Notes under the pieces: generated by a model
What the model was told of the DNA's origin: nothing
The model's database searches: none
The model's input: only the letters and a program-made list of their open reading frames with translations
In this document: piece by piece, positions 13,919-25,740 of the stretch
Position numbering within the stretch: position 1 is the stretch's first letter
Layout: each line of letters begins with the position of its first letter
Translations under genes and position numbers: made by a program
NCBI GenBank assembly: GCA_964016885.1
Contig: OZ024760.1
Location: 25,048,001-25,112,000 of the forward strand
DNA from: Eledone cirrhosa
Lineage: Eukaryota
Length of the DNA stretch: 64,000 bases
Direction: 5' to 3'

Positions 13919-14458
13919 ATAATATAAGATCAAAAGATGGTTAAAAGAGTTTCCAGTATTTTATTATGCGCATTTCAAGAACAAATATCATCATGGGATG
14001 ATATCTGCGTTTTCATCACATAAAATAGGGATACATGATATGAAGCTTATAAAACACTCTCTCTCTCTATCATCCATCTCTCCTCCTCTCTCATCCTTCC
14101 TTCTTATACTCCTCCCCCACCATTATTTACTCTCATCTCTTCCTCTACCTCACCCCCCCCCTCACCTTTTCCCAATCTCACACATCAATCTTAAATTATT
14201 TTTCATATGTTGATTTAAAACTTAACTATTCACAAGTGTTTTTTAAGCTTCATATCATGTATCCCTATTTTATCTGATGAAAACGCAGATATCATACCAT
14301 GATGATATTTGTTTTTGAAATGCGCATAATAAAATACTTGGAACTCTTTTAACCATCTTGTGATCTTATATTATTTATACTCCAGTCCTACAAACTGTAG
14401 ATTTCTACTTATCCGATATTTGCATTGCTTTATTGTGCTACAATAAAACTCACCTCCT
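13919..14458 (+). mobile_element. Penelope-type pLTR with inverted partial repeat
   Basis: 13919-14055 is the reverse complement of ~14238-14373 and both arms carry a hammerhead. The whole unit is bounded by (TA)n. Confidence 0.7.
14266..14336 (+). ncRNA. Type I hammerhead ribozyme motif, family B
   Basis: TATTTTAT-CTGATGA-long stem II (GCAGATATCAT/ATGATATTTGT)-GAAA-TGCGCA-TA^ATAAAATA. The antisense twin at 13957-14027 has C3>G. Confidence 0.8.
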
Positions 14459-15190
14459 ACATATATATATATATATATATATATAAACATGGAAGAAAGA
14501 AGAATACTGCGTGGTTTGCACATGGGTTACATATGATAAAAATAGTCCTTCGTCAGTGATTTTCCAACCATCATTGGTATTTCATCGCATATGTAGATAA
14601 TCTGTTTGTTAAAGTAATCAAATTAAATTAATTCAACAGATAAACAGTAAACACACATAGGAACACTAAGATTGTCACCAAAGATCCAGAAGATTAACAA
14701 TTCGACCCTAAATATGACTAATAGCTCTAGGAAAGCTATGAACAACACCGCATTGTATTAAGTTTGATTTTGAAAATAGGTTTATAATTATTAATTTTCA
14801 TCATACGTTTGTAGCTGTCTAGGTGGCTTTGTTGGAAGAATCATAGACGATGGTAATTCTTGTCTGAGGTGCGAACCTGGTTAGGATTTGGGTTCCCCGT
14901 AAACCTTTTTCAGTTTTTTTCTTTGGGATGTAAAATAAAAACTGAAGAATATTACATGTACCTCTTGACCATATCTCCACCGGCTCTAGTAACTACCGCT
15001 AGGCCACTGAGACAGCTACGAAAATCTTATGAAAATTCATACTTATAAAACTAAGTTATGTGGTGTCGTTCATGTCTTAAGGACAACATCTAAATTTTTG
15101 GTGATCCTGGTCTGAAATTCGATCCTGATCGGGAGTAGGGTTCTCGCTAAACATTTTCAGTTTTTTCTATGTGTGTGTGTGTGAGTGTGA

Positions 15191-15221
<31 letters not shown>

Positions 15222-15376
15222 TGAGAGAGAGAGCGTGTGAGTGTGTGCTTTTGTGTGTGTCTATGTATTTAATTGCTGCAGTCATCACAAGCTATCGGGT
15301 AAAACATGATGATTGTATATGCTGTTTCCACTAACGGTTTCAGAGGCGTGTGTGTGTGTGTGTGTCTGCATGTGTG

Positions 15377-15477
<101 letters not shown>

Positions 15478-16219
15478 TTGTAAACCTGTGGGTTCAACCT
15501 GGACCACAATCGAGAATTAAACTAACTTTGTCATGGACTGAAAGTATCACTGTGTCTGGCAATCGAACACACAACTACGTTTTTGAGTCCAAGTATAAAA
15601 ACTGAGCTTCGCGCCTTCCTACATTATTTGTAAATTAAGCGGATCGGTACAAATCCGCCTCGTGGTTCTCTTAGCGGTAATCTTATTATAAAGAAGATAT
15701 TCTTGTTTTCGCTACGTTTACAGATAAGCGGTGTAGCCATTTCCAGCTACTGTGTACTTTTCCAGCAATGATATAATCTTATCAAGAAGACTGCTTGTGA
15801 TTCAATAAAATTAAACAGAACTAACTTTCATTTACATAACTGGAGTAATGTTTCTATCTAGAGAGAATTCCAACATATGACATCGAAGTGTGAAATCAAT
15901 GGATCATTTAAGCTGAATATATGCATCCCAGATGTAAATGGTGGAAAATGCGATTTGAAATTTACAGGTAAATCTATCAATTTAGACAGATTTAACATGA
16001 CAATAAGAAATTTAATGATGAATTTTATGTTTTAAGTGTAAATGTTGTATCTCAATTGCAGCGAAGTATGTAAAATTGAATTATTAAGTATTAAGCTTAT
16101 ATTAGAATATAGTAGAACAAAACATATACGCAGGCGTGGTAAAAGGAAATATAATAAGGATGCTGTCAAAAGGAAACTTTATTCGGTCAGAAATAGCTGC
16201 AAATTTAATCATTATACGT

Positions 16220-16525
16220 TAGATTCCTTGGTTTAGAAGGCGGGATGAAATAGCACCGTAGATGTGATATAAATTATATAACGCACATAGCGGATATATA
16301 CCGGATATAAATGATGGTTTATATAGTATATAATTAAGGAGGATATCAATGGTATAACACAAGTCATATCTGAGATTTTGAAAAATTATATAACTAAAGA
16401 GATATTCACGTCCGATATAAAATGATATATTATTATAGATATTGTGTAATTTGTATAATAGGAAAATTAGATAATTTAGGCGATATTGATTATAAATATA
16501 GATTCTTAGGGTTTGACGACGACAT
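16220..16525 (-). pseudogene. Highly decayed Penelope RT C-terminal fragment
   Basis: The motifs NFPII and RLLNQG occur in different minus frames, with stops and frameshifts. Confidence 0.35.
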
Positions 16526-16585
16526 TCAAAAGAATAATCACTGTTCATTGAAACAGAATGCCACATTCCACATGTAATTATGTAC

Positions 16586-16640
<55 letters not shown>

Positions 16641-16700
16641 TATGTGTATGTATATTCATGTGTGTGTGTGTGTATGTCTATACATAAACACACACACACA

Positions 16701-16773
<73 letters not shown>

Positions 16774-17029
16774 TATACATATTTATATATATATTTATAT
16801 ATAAACATGCGAAAACAGAAGCAACAATCAATAAATAATTAAGATAACATAATAGTATCATTGAGGATGTCACATGTGTGTGACGAAAGAAGTCTGCGAG
16901 ACTATATTTATATCAATATTTTTAACTGTTGGTCAATCACTGATAAATATTGACTACCAGCTAAATTATTTATAGAAATATAAAATATACTGAACCAAAA
17001 TTCAAACCAAACAGTGAGTGTGTTTTATT

Positions 17030-17454
17030 GTGGATTGGCAGAATTGGCAGAGGGTTGGACATGATTTGTAGCATAGTTACGTCCCTTTACGATCTGAGTT
17101 CAAATCCCGCCAAGGTTAACTTTGCCTTTCATCCTTACGAGGTCGATAAAATAAAGTACCAGTAATGTACTGGTACTTGCTGGCCTTGTGCCGAAAGTAG
17201 AAACAATTATTATTTCTGGCAATATCATAGCAAAAACGGTCTCCAAATATAATATTAATAATAATAATAATAATTGTTTCTACTTTAGGCAGAAGGCCAC
17301 CAATTACCCAGTGCATTACTGGTACTTTATTTTATCGACCCCGTAAGGATGAAAGGCAAAGTCAACCTCGGCGGGATTTGAACTCAGATCGTAAAGGGAC
17401 GTAACTATGCTGGAAAGCATGGCGTCCGACCCTCTACCGATTCTGCCAATCCAC
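17030..17454. mobile_element. Inverted SINE pair (17030-17208 plus, 17272-17454 minus)
   Basis: Two full copies of the dominant SINE lie tail-to-tail around a ~60 bp spacer. Confidence 0.9.
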
Positions 17455-17469
17455 GATAATAATGAGAAG

Positions 17470-18640
17470 TAAATTCCCGAGCTGTGTCTATTATTAGGTA
17501 CAGTGCGGGAATTCTGAGATGGAATGTTGCTGAACAAAAAGAAATGGATAGGAAGACTAGGAAGCTATTGACTATCTACAACATGTTCCACAAGAGGAGT
17601 GATGTCGATAGACTCTACCTAAGGAGATCTGAGGGTGGAAGAGGTCTTATCAGCATAGAGGACTGTGTTCAGATGGAGAAAAACAACCTATACAAATACG
17701 TGACCTATAGTAAGGAGCCAATGTTCAGAACTGTACTGAAGGAGGGGACAGTAGGCCAGGGGATGTCCAAGGAGGAAATAACATCAAGGAGGAAGAGCAG
17801 CCTTAAGGGAAAATCCCTTCATAGTACCTTCTTTGAGAAAACTGAATTTAGAGATCCACAGACATGGAACTGGTTGAGAAGAGGAGACCTCAAAAAGGCT
17901 ACAGAAGGAATGCTAATGGCTGCGCAGGAGCAGGCCCTCAAAACGAAGTGGTTGAAGCACCATATCTACAAGGAGGAGGCTAGCCCACTGTGCAGGATCT
18001 GTGGAGAGAGAGAGGAGACTGTGGATCACATTGTGTCCGAGTGTAAACACCTAGCCCAGACCCACTATAAGGGCTGGAGACACGATGTGATGGGCAGGGT
18101 GATCCACTGGCATCTGTGCAAAGTAAACAATTTACCACATTCTGAGAAATGGTATGAGCATAGGCCAGAGGCGGTGATGGAGAACAATCAGGTGAAGGTG
18201 CTGTGGGATTTTAGGATACAGACGGACAAAAAACTGGAACACAATAGACCTGACCTGGTGGTTGTGGACAAAGAAAAAAGATCGTGTCTGATTGTGGATG
18301 TGGCCTGCCCGTTCGACACGAGAGTGCAAGAGAAGGAGAGGGAGAAAATTAACCGATACCAGGACCTAAAGTGGGAGGTGAAAAGGATTTGGAACTGCCA
18401 TGAAGTCAAAGTGATCCCGATTGTCATAGGCGCACTGGGGACTATCTCCAAAGGTTTCCAGGGATGGTTAAAGAAAATCGGCCCCTTCACGCTTTTTGGA
18501 ACGCTTCAAAAGGCATGCTTGCTTGGAACGGCAAGAACCCTCCGATACGTCCTGAATATCTGAGGCTACAGGTAGTGGCTTGATATTCATTTCAGCAAAC
18601 TTTCCAGTTAACCAACATCAATGACTGAGATTCCAGGAAT
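17470..18640 (+). mobile_element. 5'-truncated R4/Dong-type RLE LINE (ORF 17484-18563)
   Basis: CRIC..H....C zinc knuckle and RHD, RPDLVV, DVACP, K..RY restriction-like endonuclease motifs. The short 3' UTR ends in (AAT)n. Confidence 0.9.
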
Positions 18641-18923
18641 AACAACAATAATAATAATAATAATAATAATAATGATTTCTTTATTAACCACAAGGGTTTA
18701 CATAAAGTAGACATTAAGGACAGTGCAGGACAATGCAGGACGGTACAAATGGGCATTTCTGCGTGTAAAAAACAAAAACAGAGGATGTAACAAAAAATAA
18801 TAATGAAAAATTCCCCAATAGGGGGGAGACTTCGGAGGGACATTTGTGGAGAAAGCCCAGTAAAAAGCCACAATGACCCTGACCACCAAGGCAAGTGCCC
18901 TCTCCCAGTTTTCCACCTTTAAT

Positions 18924-21900
18924 TTACAGATATATGCTCAGAGTAGGCCCATTCACTCGGGCCATTCTTGCTTCTCTCACCCATCTTTCAACAAAATGCT
19001 GGGAAGAGAGCACTTCCCTCTCTACTCTGATTTTCCTTTTCAAATGAAATTTGAAAAAGTCAATCAGAGCATCACCGAAGAGGTAAGTGCTCGTCTTCAG
19101 CCCTTTCAAACGTGTCCACCATACTATCTCTTTCGCCATGGCCACCAGGCAGATAAAAACTGCCTGCCCTTCCCGGCTAAAGGAGGAGGGCGGGGCAATC
19201 CTCACGATGGACTCAGATGATAGCCGGGTCCGTCCTAAACGCGACAGCAGGTGTTCGACATAAACCCACAAGTCAGCAATTTTCGGACACTGGACGAGTG
19301 CGTGCAGGACGGTTTCGTCGCCCTGCGCGCATCTCGGACATGCCCGGCTGACGGCACCTCCATGCCTGTAGAGTGTATCCCGAACTGGCAAGGCTCCTCG
19401 GTAGCACTGCCAGGCCAGAGATTTCTGGAAGTTGTCCATAGGCCCTGGCCCGAAAGTTCTTCCGAAGAGATTGGCTAGTTGATTTTCGTCGACGCCTAGA
19501 GTTTCCCCAAGTACGTCGTCGCTCTTCCCCTCCACTAATCCTCTATAGAACGCCGAGGTGGAGTTTCCACCGATCACATTGCCCGATTGGTCGAGGGCTG
19601 TGAGCGCCTGAAGACATTCCAGTCTCCAGGCGCTCCCTCTCGGTCTTCGCTTGACCCAGGACTGCAGCTCCGTCAAGGAAACGAGCTGGGGAAACACGCG
19701 TCTAGCAAACGGCGACCACACCTGATCACCGTCGAGGAAGAGGTGGAGATGTCGTAGCCTGAGCGCGTGCCTGCGCATCATCAGCCACGGCATGCCCAGC
19801 CTTCCACGTAGCGGGTGTTGACAACAGATGGACCGCCTGACCATCGGAGCGCGTCCCTTCCACAAAAAGCGAAAGAGCAAACGCTCCAGCACAGTCAGGC
19901 GAGGCTTAGGACAAGGTACGACGGTCAGGCGGTAGCAGATGACGGACGCGATGTACGCGTTAGCCACCTCCGCTCGACCTTTCAGGGATAGCTTCCTCTC
20001 GGCCCATTTCTGGGTGAGAGAAGCCACCCTGCTCGTCACCTCGTCCCAGTTTTTGTCCGTCTGGAGGTCCGGACCGAACCAGACCCCTAGCAATTTAACC
20101 GGTCCGTCCGTCCAGCGTCCGGCGACGCTGTTGGACGGCATGGACCTGCCTCTCCAGGTGCCGAGCTGCAGGCCCACTGACTTTTGCTGGTTGATCATTG
20201 CTCCTGTCACCGCTTCGTATTCTCTTAGCGTAGTGCCGATCGCCTCGATGTGTTTGGCGTTCGACACCACTACGGTGACATCGTCCGCATATGCTGACAC
20301 GGATCTTCCGCATCCTAGTTCACGCGGGACTCCCCTCAACGTCTCCAGTTTGTGCAGTAATGGCTCGAGAGTCAATACGTACAAGAGGGACGAGAGGGGA
20401 CATCCTTGGCGGACCGAGCGCATGATGTTGAACGGTTCCGACAGGTGAACGTTCACTCTCACCACAGAGCAGATGTCGCTGTGCATGGCAGCGATCCAGC
20501 CTCTGAAGACGGGCCCAAAGCCAGCCGCCCTCAGGACTGCCGCTAGGTAACGATGGTCGACCCTATAGAAAGCTTTCGACTGATCTAAATTGATCAAGGA
20601 CCCACCCGTGCCAGGTTCCCTAGCTACCCTCTCTACGATGTATCGCATGAGGTGGAGGTTGTCGTGGATGGATCTGTCGGGAATGGCGCATGTCTGCGCC
20701 TCTCCCACCAGACCACCAACGACAAGCGCCAACCTCTTTGCTAGCACCTTGGCCAAAATCTTAAACTCTGTGTTTAGCAGAGTTATGGGCCGGAAATTTT
20801 CTATGTTATCCCCCTTGTTCGGATCCTTTCTCAGCAGTGCCACCGCTCCTCGGCTCACAGAACTGGGAATTCTCCCGTTCTGTTGCCAGTTGCAGTAGAC
20901 GTCCGCCAAGAGGCCTCCGAACAAGTCTGGCATCTGTACGTAAAGTTCATAGGGCAGACCATCCAAACCAGGCGATTTACCCCTTGTGCAGCCAGTCATT
21001 GCCTCCCTTACTTCAGCGGCTGTTATCGGCTTTTCGCAACACTTCGCCTCAGTGGCCGAGAGCCGCGGCAGTCCGTCGAGGTAGACACTAAAGTCCATCC
21101 CTCTACCCGGCCCCCCGCTGCCCCCGAACAGCTGAGCGAAGTGTCGCTGAAAAGCTTCACACATTTGCCCGGGATCGAGTAGCATGCGGCCGTCGTGGTC
21201 CACCAAAGACCGGATCGTGGCTTTGTTGCCACGACGCGCCTCTGCCACTCGGGCCCATTGAACGGCTTTCGTCCCCTCGTGTCTGAGAGCACGCACCCTA
21301 GCTCTGACAACGCAGCCTTCGTGCTTTGCATTGAAGAATTGGTCAAGGGCCAATTTCGCCGCAAGCACGTCGGTCGCAATGCCTTTGCTAAGCGCCTCGT
21401 CTAATTTTCTAACTAGTTCTCCCTCTGCTCTATTTTTCTCTATTGCTAAAGCCTTACTAAACCTAATCGATTCTATTCTAATCGCTCTTTTGAGAGCAAA
21501 CCACCACTTGTTGTTGACGATGGCCCCCGTCAACGCCCGCTTAACTAGTTCGCTAATCCGGTCTCTGTAGGCCTTGCGCGCTGGTAAGGACGCGTTTAGC
21601 TTCCAGTAGTCGGGTCCTCGTCTATGAAGCCTATCTAAGTCAAGCACACAGGTCACGAATTTGTGGTCCGTGTAGCTGACTATCTTGAATTGTGGACAGC
21701 CTATGCTAGACCTATCTATTTCCCTACAAAATACTCTATCTAGATATGATCTGGATGACCCTATGCGGTTTGTCCAAGTCCACATTGGCACATTCGGGAA
21801 ATCCAATCGGTACCTGTCAGACAGTTCAAAACGCCTGAGCAGGTTGGTGAGGCTCTTGCACCCTCCACCCCTATCCGCTAATCCCACACAGTCCCAGCGT

Positions 21901-22343
21901 GCATCTAAGATCCCGTTCCAGTCGCCCACTAACACTAAAGAGCGGGACGTTCCAAGAAAGGTCTCCAGACGCCGGAAGAAATCAGGCCGCCCTGCTCCTG
22001 TCGGGGCATAGACGGCCACTAGCCTGAAAGCTTGCCCGTCTCCGCTGGTCACGTCCAGCACCACCAGCTTACCCTCTGGGTCCAGGAAGATGGCCCGTAT
22101 GGCGAGATCCAAACCTCTCCGAAAAAGCACAGCAACTCCTCCACCCGATCCAGGACGGCTGGGAGATGCGTACACATCGTAGCCGCCGAAGATCGGTGCG
22201 AAGGCCCGTGCTTCGGAGATTCTGGTCTCGCTGATGGCCACTACATCTATGTTTAGTGACCTGAGGTCGTTGAGCAGGTGACCCTGCTTCCATGACGACC
22301 CCAAGCCACGCGCATTTATGCTGCCTATTCTGAGTGAGGTGAT
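18924..22343 (-). CDS. Tx1/L1 ORF2: APE endonuclease, reverse transcriptase, C-terminal zinc finger
   Basis: In-frame ITSLRIGSINARGL upstream of the annotated start, plus GDWN, SYLDR, TDH (APE), PGLDG, RPITLLN, QGCPLS, YADD (RT) and CPRC...HALVQC. No stops over more than 1130 codons and no AUG at the N-terminus. Confidence 0.92.
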   Translation of the reverse strand: MTSLRIGSINARGLGSSWKQGHLLNDLRSLNIDVVAISETRISEARAFAPIFGGYDVYASPSRPGSGGGVAVLFRRGLDLAIRAIFLDPEGKLVVLDVTSGDGQAFRLVAVYAPTGAGRPDFFRRLETFLGTSRSLVLVGDWNGILDARWDCVGLADRGGGCKSLTNLLRRFELSDRYRLDFPNVPMWTWTNRIGSSRSYLDRVFCREIDRSSIGCPQFKIVSYTDHKFVTCVLDLDRLHRRGPDYWKLNASLPARKAYRDRISELVKRALTGAIVNNKWWFALKRAIRIESIRFSKALAIEKNRAEGELVRKLDEALSKGIATDVLAAKLALDQFFNAKHEGCVVRARVRALRHEGTKAVQWARVAEARRGNKATIRSLVDHDGRMLLDPGQMCEAFQRHFAQLFGGSGGPGRGMDFSVYLDGLPRLSATEAKCCEKPITAAEVREAMTGCTRGKSPGLDGLPYELYVQMPDLFGGLLADVYCNWQQNGRIPSSVSRGAVALLRKDPNKGDNIENFRPITLLNTEFKILAKVLAKRLALVVGGLVGEAQTCAIPDRSIHDNLHLMRYIVERVAREPGTGGSLINLDQSKAFYRVDHRYLAAVLRAAGFGPVFRGWIAAMHSDICSVVRVNVHLSEPFNIMRSVRQGCPLSSLLYVLTLEPLLHKLETLRGVPRELGCGRSVSAYADDVTVVVSNAKHIEAIGTTLREYEAVTGAMINQQKSVGLQLGTWRGRSMPSNSVAGRWTDGPVKLLGVWFGPDLQTDKNWDEVTSRVASLTQKWAERKLSLKGRAEVANAYIASVICYRLTVVPCPKPRLTVLERLLFRFLWKGRAPMVRRSICCQHPLRGRLGMPWLMMRRHALRLRHLHLFLDGDQVWSPFARRVFPQLVSLTELQSWVKRRPRGSAWRLECLQALTALDQSGNVIGGNSTSAFYRGLVEGKSDDVLGETLGVDENQLANLFGRTFGPGPMDNFQKSLAWQCYRGALPVRDTLYRHGGAVSRACPRCAQGDETVLHALVQCPKIADLWVYVEHLLSRLGRTRLSSESIVRIAPPSSFSREGQAVFICLVAMAKEIVWWTRLKGLKTSTYLFGDALIDFFKFHLKRKIRVEREVLSSQHFVERWVREARMARVNGPTLSIYL

Positions 22344-22378
22344 GTTTAAAATAGAGTGGAAAAGATGGGAAAGACCAC

Positions 22379-24474
22379 TTACCGTACTTTTGGTAGAGGA
22401 GGGATGGATTTTACATCCCTTTTCACTTGATCGTCTGGTGAAGGGACCGTTGAATCGTCCCTTCGGCTGGTCGTCGGCTCTTCTAAGAGAATGTCTGAAT
22501 ATACTCTTCGATTGATGGTTCCTCCTAGGTCCCTGAAATCACCAACTGCGTTGGGGAATTTCGTTTTAATGTTTGTGTATTGTTTCTGTGCTATTTTTAG
22601 CAGTCTTATGTTAGTTGGCGTTTTGATTGGTGCTGGTATTATGTAGTCCTGTTGTGAAATGTCTGTGTGTTCAATTATGTAAGTCATTAGTTTCTTGTTG
22701 TGTGTGTTTATTGCCGTGCATTTGTTTTTCTGGGGGTGGGGTGTGGTTCTGCTATTTTCTTGTCGTTGTTGCTGGGTGTGTGTGTTTTGTTGTTGTGTTT
22801 GCGATGTTGGTGTTTGTGGTGGTGGTGTTGAAGGTGTTGTTGGTGGTGGGGTTGTCGCCGGTGGTGATGGTGGTGCTGGTGTGGGTGGTGATGGTGTTGG
22901 TGGTGTTGCTGCTGTGGGTCTCTTTGCAGTAGACTTTACCCTTTTCTCATTTCTTTCCTCCCTTTTCAAAGGCGACGATGCGCTGCTTCTGCGTTTGTGC
23001 CTTCTTGCGACCTTTTGCCATCCCTCTCCCACCTCACACTCCATGTCTGATTCTGTGAGGTCGGGGAGGGGTACCAGCTCCACTCTTTCACTTGTTGTTG
23101 TTGGTGATGTTTGCACTGGAGTCTCTGTTGCAGCTGCATTTGGTATTGCTGTTGTTGTTGTTAATATTTCCACTGCTGCTGCTGTTTTTGATTTCCGTGG
23201 AGTGGGTATGGGTGCCACGGACCTATCGTTCCTGGTTGCCGCTTGTCCTGTTGCTGGTAGCCGTGGAGCCGGATTCGGAAGGAGGGGGGTTTTCTCCTTT
23301 CTCAGGGTCTTCTCGTTGCAGAAGGCCCTGAGGTGAGTGTTCGATCCACAGCGAAAGCATTTCGGGCGTTTGCCCTCAACACTTATGGGAAGTTGAGTGC
23401 CGTTATCGAAGTCTATCACATCCGGGATAGCTTCGATGCACTCCTGGTTGGTTTGGATTAGCATCTCAATGGAGGAGCCGACCCAATCTTCTCTTACTTT
23501 TTTCTGTACTTGCAGTACAGTTGTTTTGTCCTCGATTCCGACGAGGACAGACGCGGCCAGCCAAGAAGGGGTCATTCCGGGGGGGACGTGGGTCAGTTTG
23601 ACCCTCACAATTTTTTGCCCGCAGTAGGAGGGCACCAACACCATTTCCTCGCTCCTTAGGGTCACTACTGATTGGGCCTTTGCCTCCTGGGGTGTGGCAA
23701 AAAGTACGTCTACGGTGGCATATTTTTTGCCTCGGGTGATGTGCGTTTTCCGCTGCCACACAGACCCCAAGGCTTTTTGTATTGGGCCTCTGTGGCTCTT
23801 TCCACCCTACGGGATTTTGTACTTACTGTACGGTACGTGACCGTACAGTGCTCTTGGGTTTCGAAAAAATTTTCCGCTGCCTTGCAGATTGCTCGGTGTC
23901 CGTTCTTTGTCACCATCTTCTTCGCTTCCTCTAATTCCTCATTTGTTATGAGGATTGTTTCCAAGTTTTTCGCAATACCTGCAAATGAGATTGGTTTTTC
24001 TCTGCTGTTGTTGTTGTCGTCAGAGCTGCTGGTACTTTTGTTGTTGCTGCAGGTACTACGACTACTGCCTCCGCCGCTGTTGCTGTGGTTGTTGTTGGTG
24101 TTGCTGCTGCTAATGCTGTTGTTGTTTATGCTGCTGGTGATGCTGTTGCGGCTGCTACTGTTGTTTTCATTGTCGCTGTTGCTGTTGTTATTACGGCTGC
24201 TACTGCTATTATTCCTGACGTCAGACGAATGAACTGGGTTTTCGTATTTCCCGCACACCTGTTTCGTCGCTGTCGTCGTCGTCGTGGAGAAACCTTGCAC
24301 GCTTTGCACGAGACTTTTCTTTTCTTTCGTCACTTGCGAAAGAGAAGGGAGGGAGAGAGACACATTTAAAGAAGGGAGGGAGAGAGACAATCTTCTCTCT
24401 GCTGTAGTGATGATTGAGGAAGAAGAAGACGGAATGAGTGGGAGTGACGTATGAAATTTCTTTTTCGTAGCCAT
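22379..24474 (-). CDS. Tx1/L1 ORF1, split by one frameshift near 23775
   Basis: Starts MATKKKF at 24474 and continues in a second frame with an RRM-like region and the CCHC knuckle CFRCGSNTHLRAFC, followed by a Pro/Thr-rich tail. Confidence 0.8.
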
Positions 24475-24690
24475 GTTGTTTTTTTGTTTAAAATGAAATT
24501 TTGGGTACAAAACCCCAATAACTGGTTATTTAACCCCGAAGGGCCAAATAACGGACAGAAAGACCCCTCTCACGAGGAGGAGGGTGTCTTTATCAACAAT
24601 TTGGTTCAAGTTTTAAACAATTTACAATTGTTTTAACGGTTAAAAATTACTATACCTTACAGAGCCGAGCCTCCGTCAACCATGGCATTC

Positions 24691-24721
<31 letters not shown>

Positions 24722-25740
24722 GTAATAAGGGAAGATACGCACATGGTGGATAGGGTATTATGGAATCGCTCCCGTAAGCTTTTGATTTTTTACATATTTA
24801 AAACAATTGTGATAGAATAATTCTTATTACAAATGGAACGTAAGATATCAGTCTTAATTCTCAGGAAGTGGCAACGCATCACATCACGGCATAGGTCTCC
24901 AATATTTAATATTTAATTTAATATTTAATTTTGTACCAGAAATGTTATAGTCAGAAAAGAAAATGGCTAGAAAACAACCGCCAAATAACTTCACCACCAG
25001 CACCCCTACCGCCGCCGCCACCATCACCATCACCACTACCACAAAAAATCTAGCCAAATACAAACCAGCACCATCCCTATAGTACTGCTGTCCCATCACC
25101 ACCGTCACCACTGCATCACCGCTACCGCCACTATTCCCTCACTACTTAAGTGAGAGGTGGTGGTGAGGCTACACATGAAAAGAGGCGAGGAAGGTATCAA
25201 AAGATATAAATAGACTGGGTTAGTGACTCGGTCAAACAGCTAACAACAACAACAACGCCAAAATAATTATGTTGTATCTCTAAACTCTCTCAAAATATTT
25301 AGTTTAAACGATGTCAAATCAAAACTATAATATAATAATAATAATTGATTCTGCTTTTGGCACGGAGCCAGCAATTGTCCCGGTGTGTTGCAGGTGCTTT
25401 GTGGTGTCAGCCCCGTAGGGATGAAAGGAAAAAAATTATAGAAAAAATTATAGTCGAAAAATTATAGAACAGAACACAGACAGAAGCAAACGCAACAACA
25501 AACACAAATTTCAAAAGTGTTGAACACAACAACCCCTACTTCCCTTAGCAGCAGCAGCAAGAACAACACTAGTAACCGATGTTACTGGCCTTGTAAAACG
25601 AAAAACGCAAAGGAGAAAAACAAACAGGCAAAAAAAAGAAAAGAAAAAATCTAAGTCAGACATTCAAACATAACAATGAATCTTATGTTTATTTTTGTTT
25701 TTTTTAGGCTTTTATCTATTTGTTTGTTTGTTTATTTATG

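Larger units (their letters stand above)
18672..24690 (-). mobile_element. Full-length L1/Tx1-clade LINE inserted in (AAT)n
   Basis: 5' UTR, ORF1, ORF2, and a 3' UTR ending AATAAAGAAATC(ATT)n. (AAT)n lies on both flanks (18637-18673 and 24691-24728). Confidence 0.92.

Noticed and set aside
19251-23336. Plus-strand ORFs within the Tx1 element
   Set aside because: Antisense shadows of GC-rich ORF1/ORF2 with no recognisable motifs.
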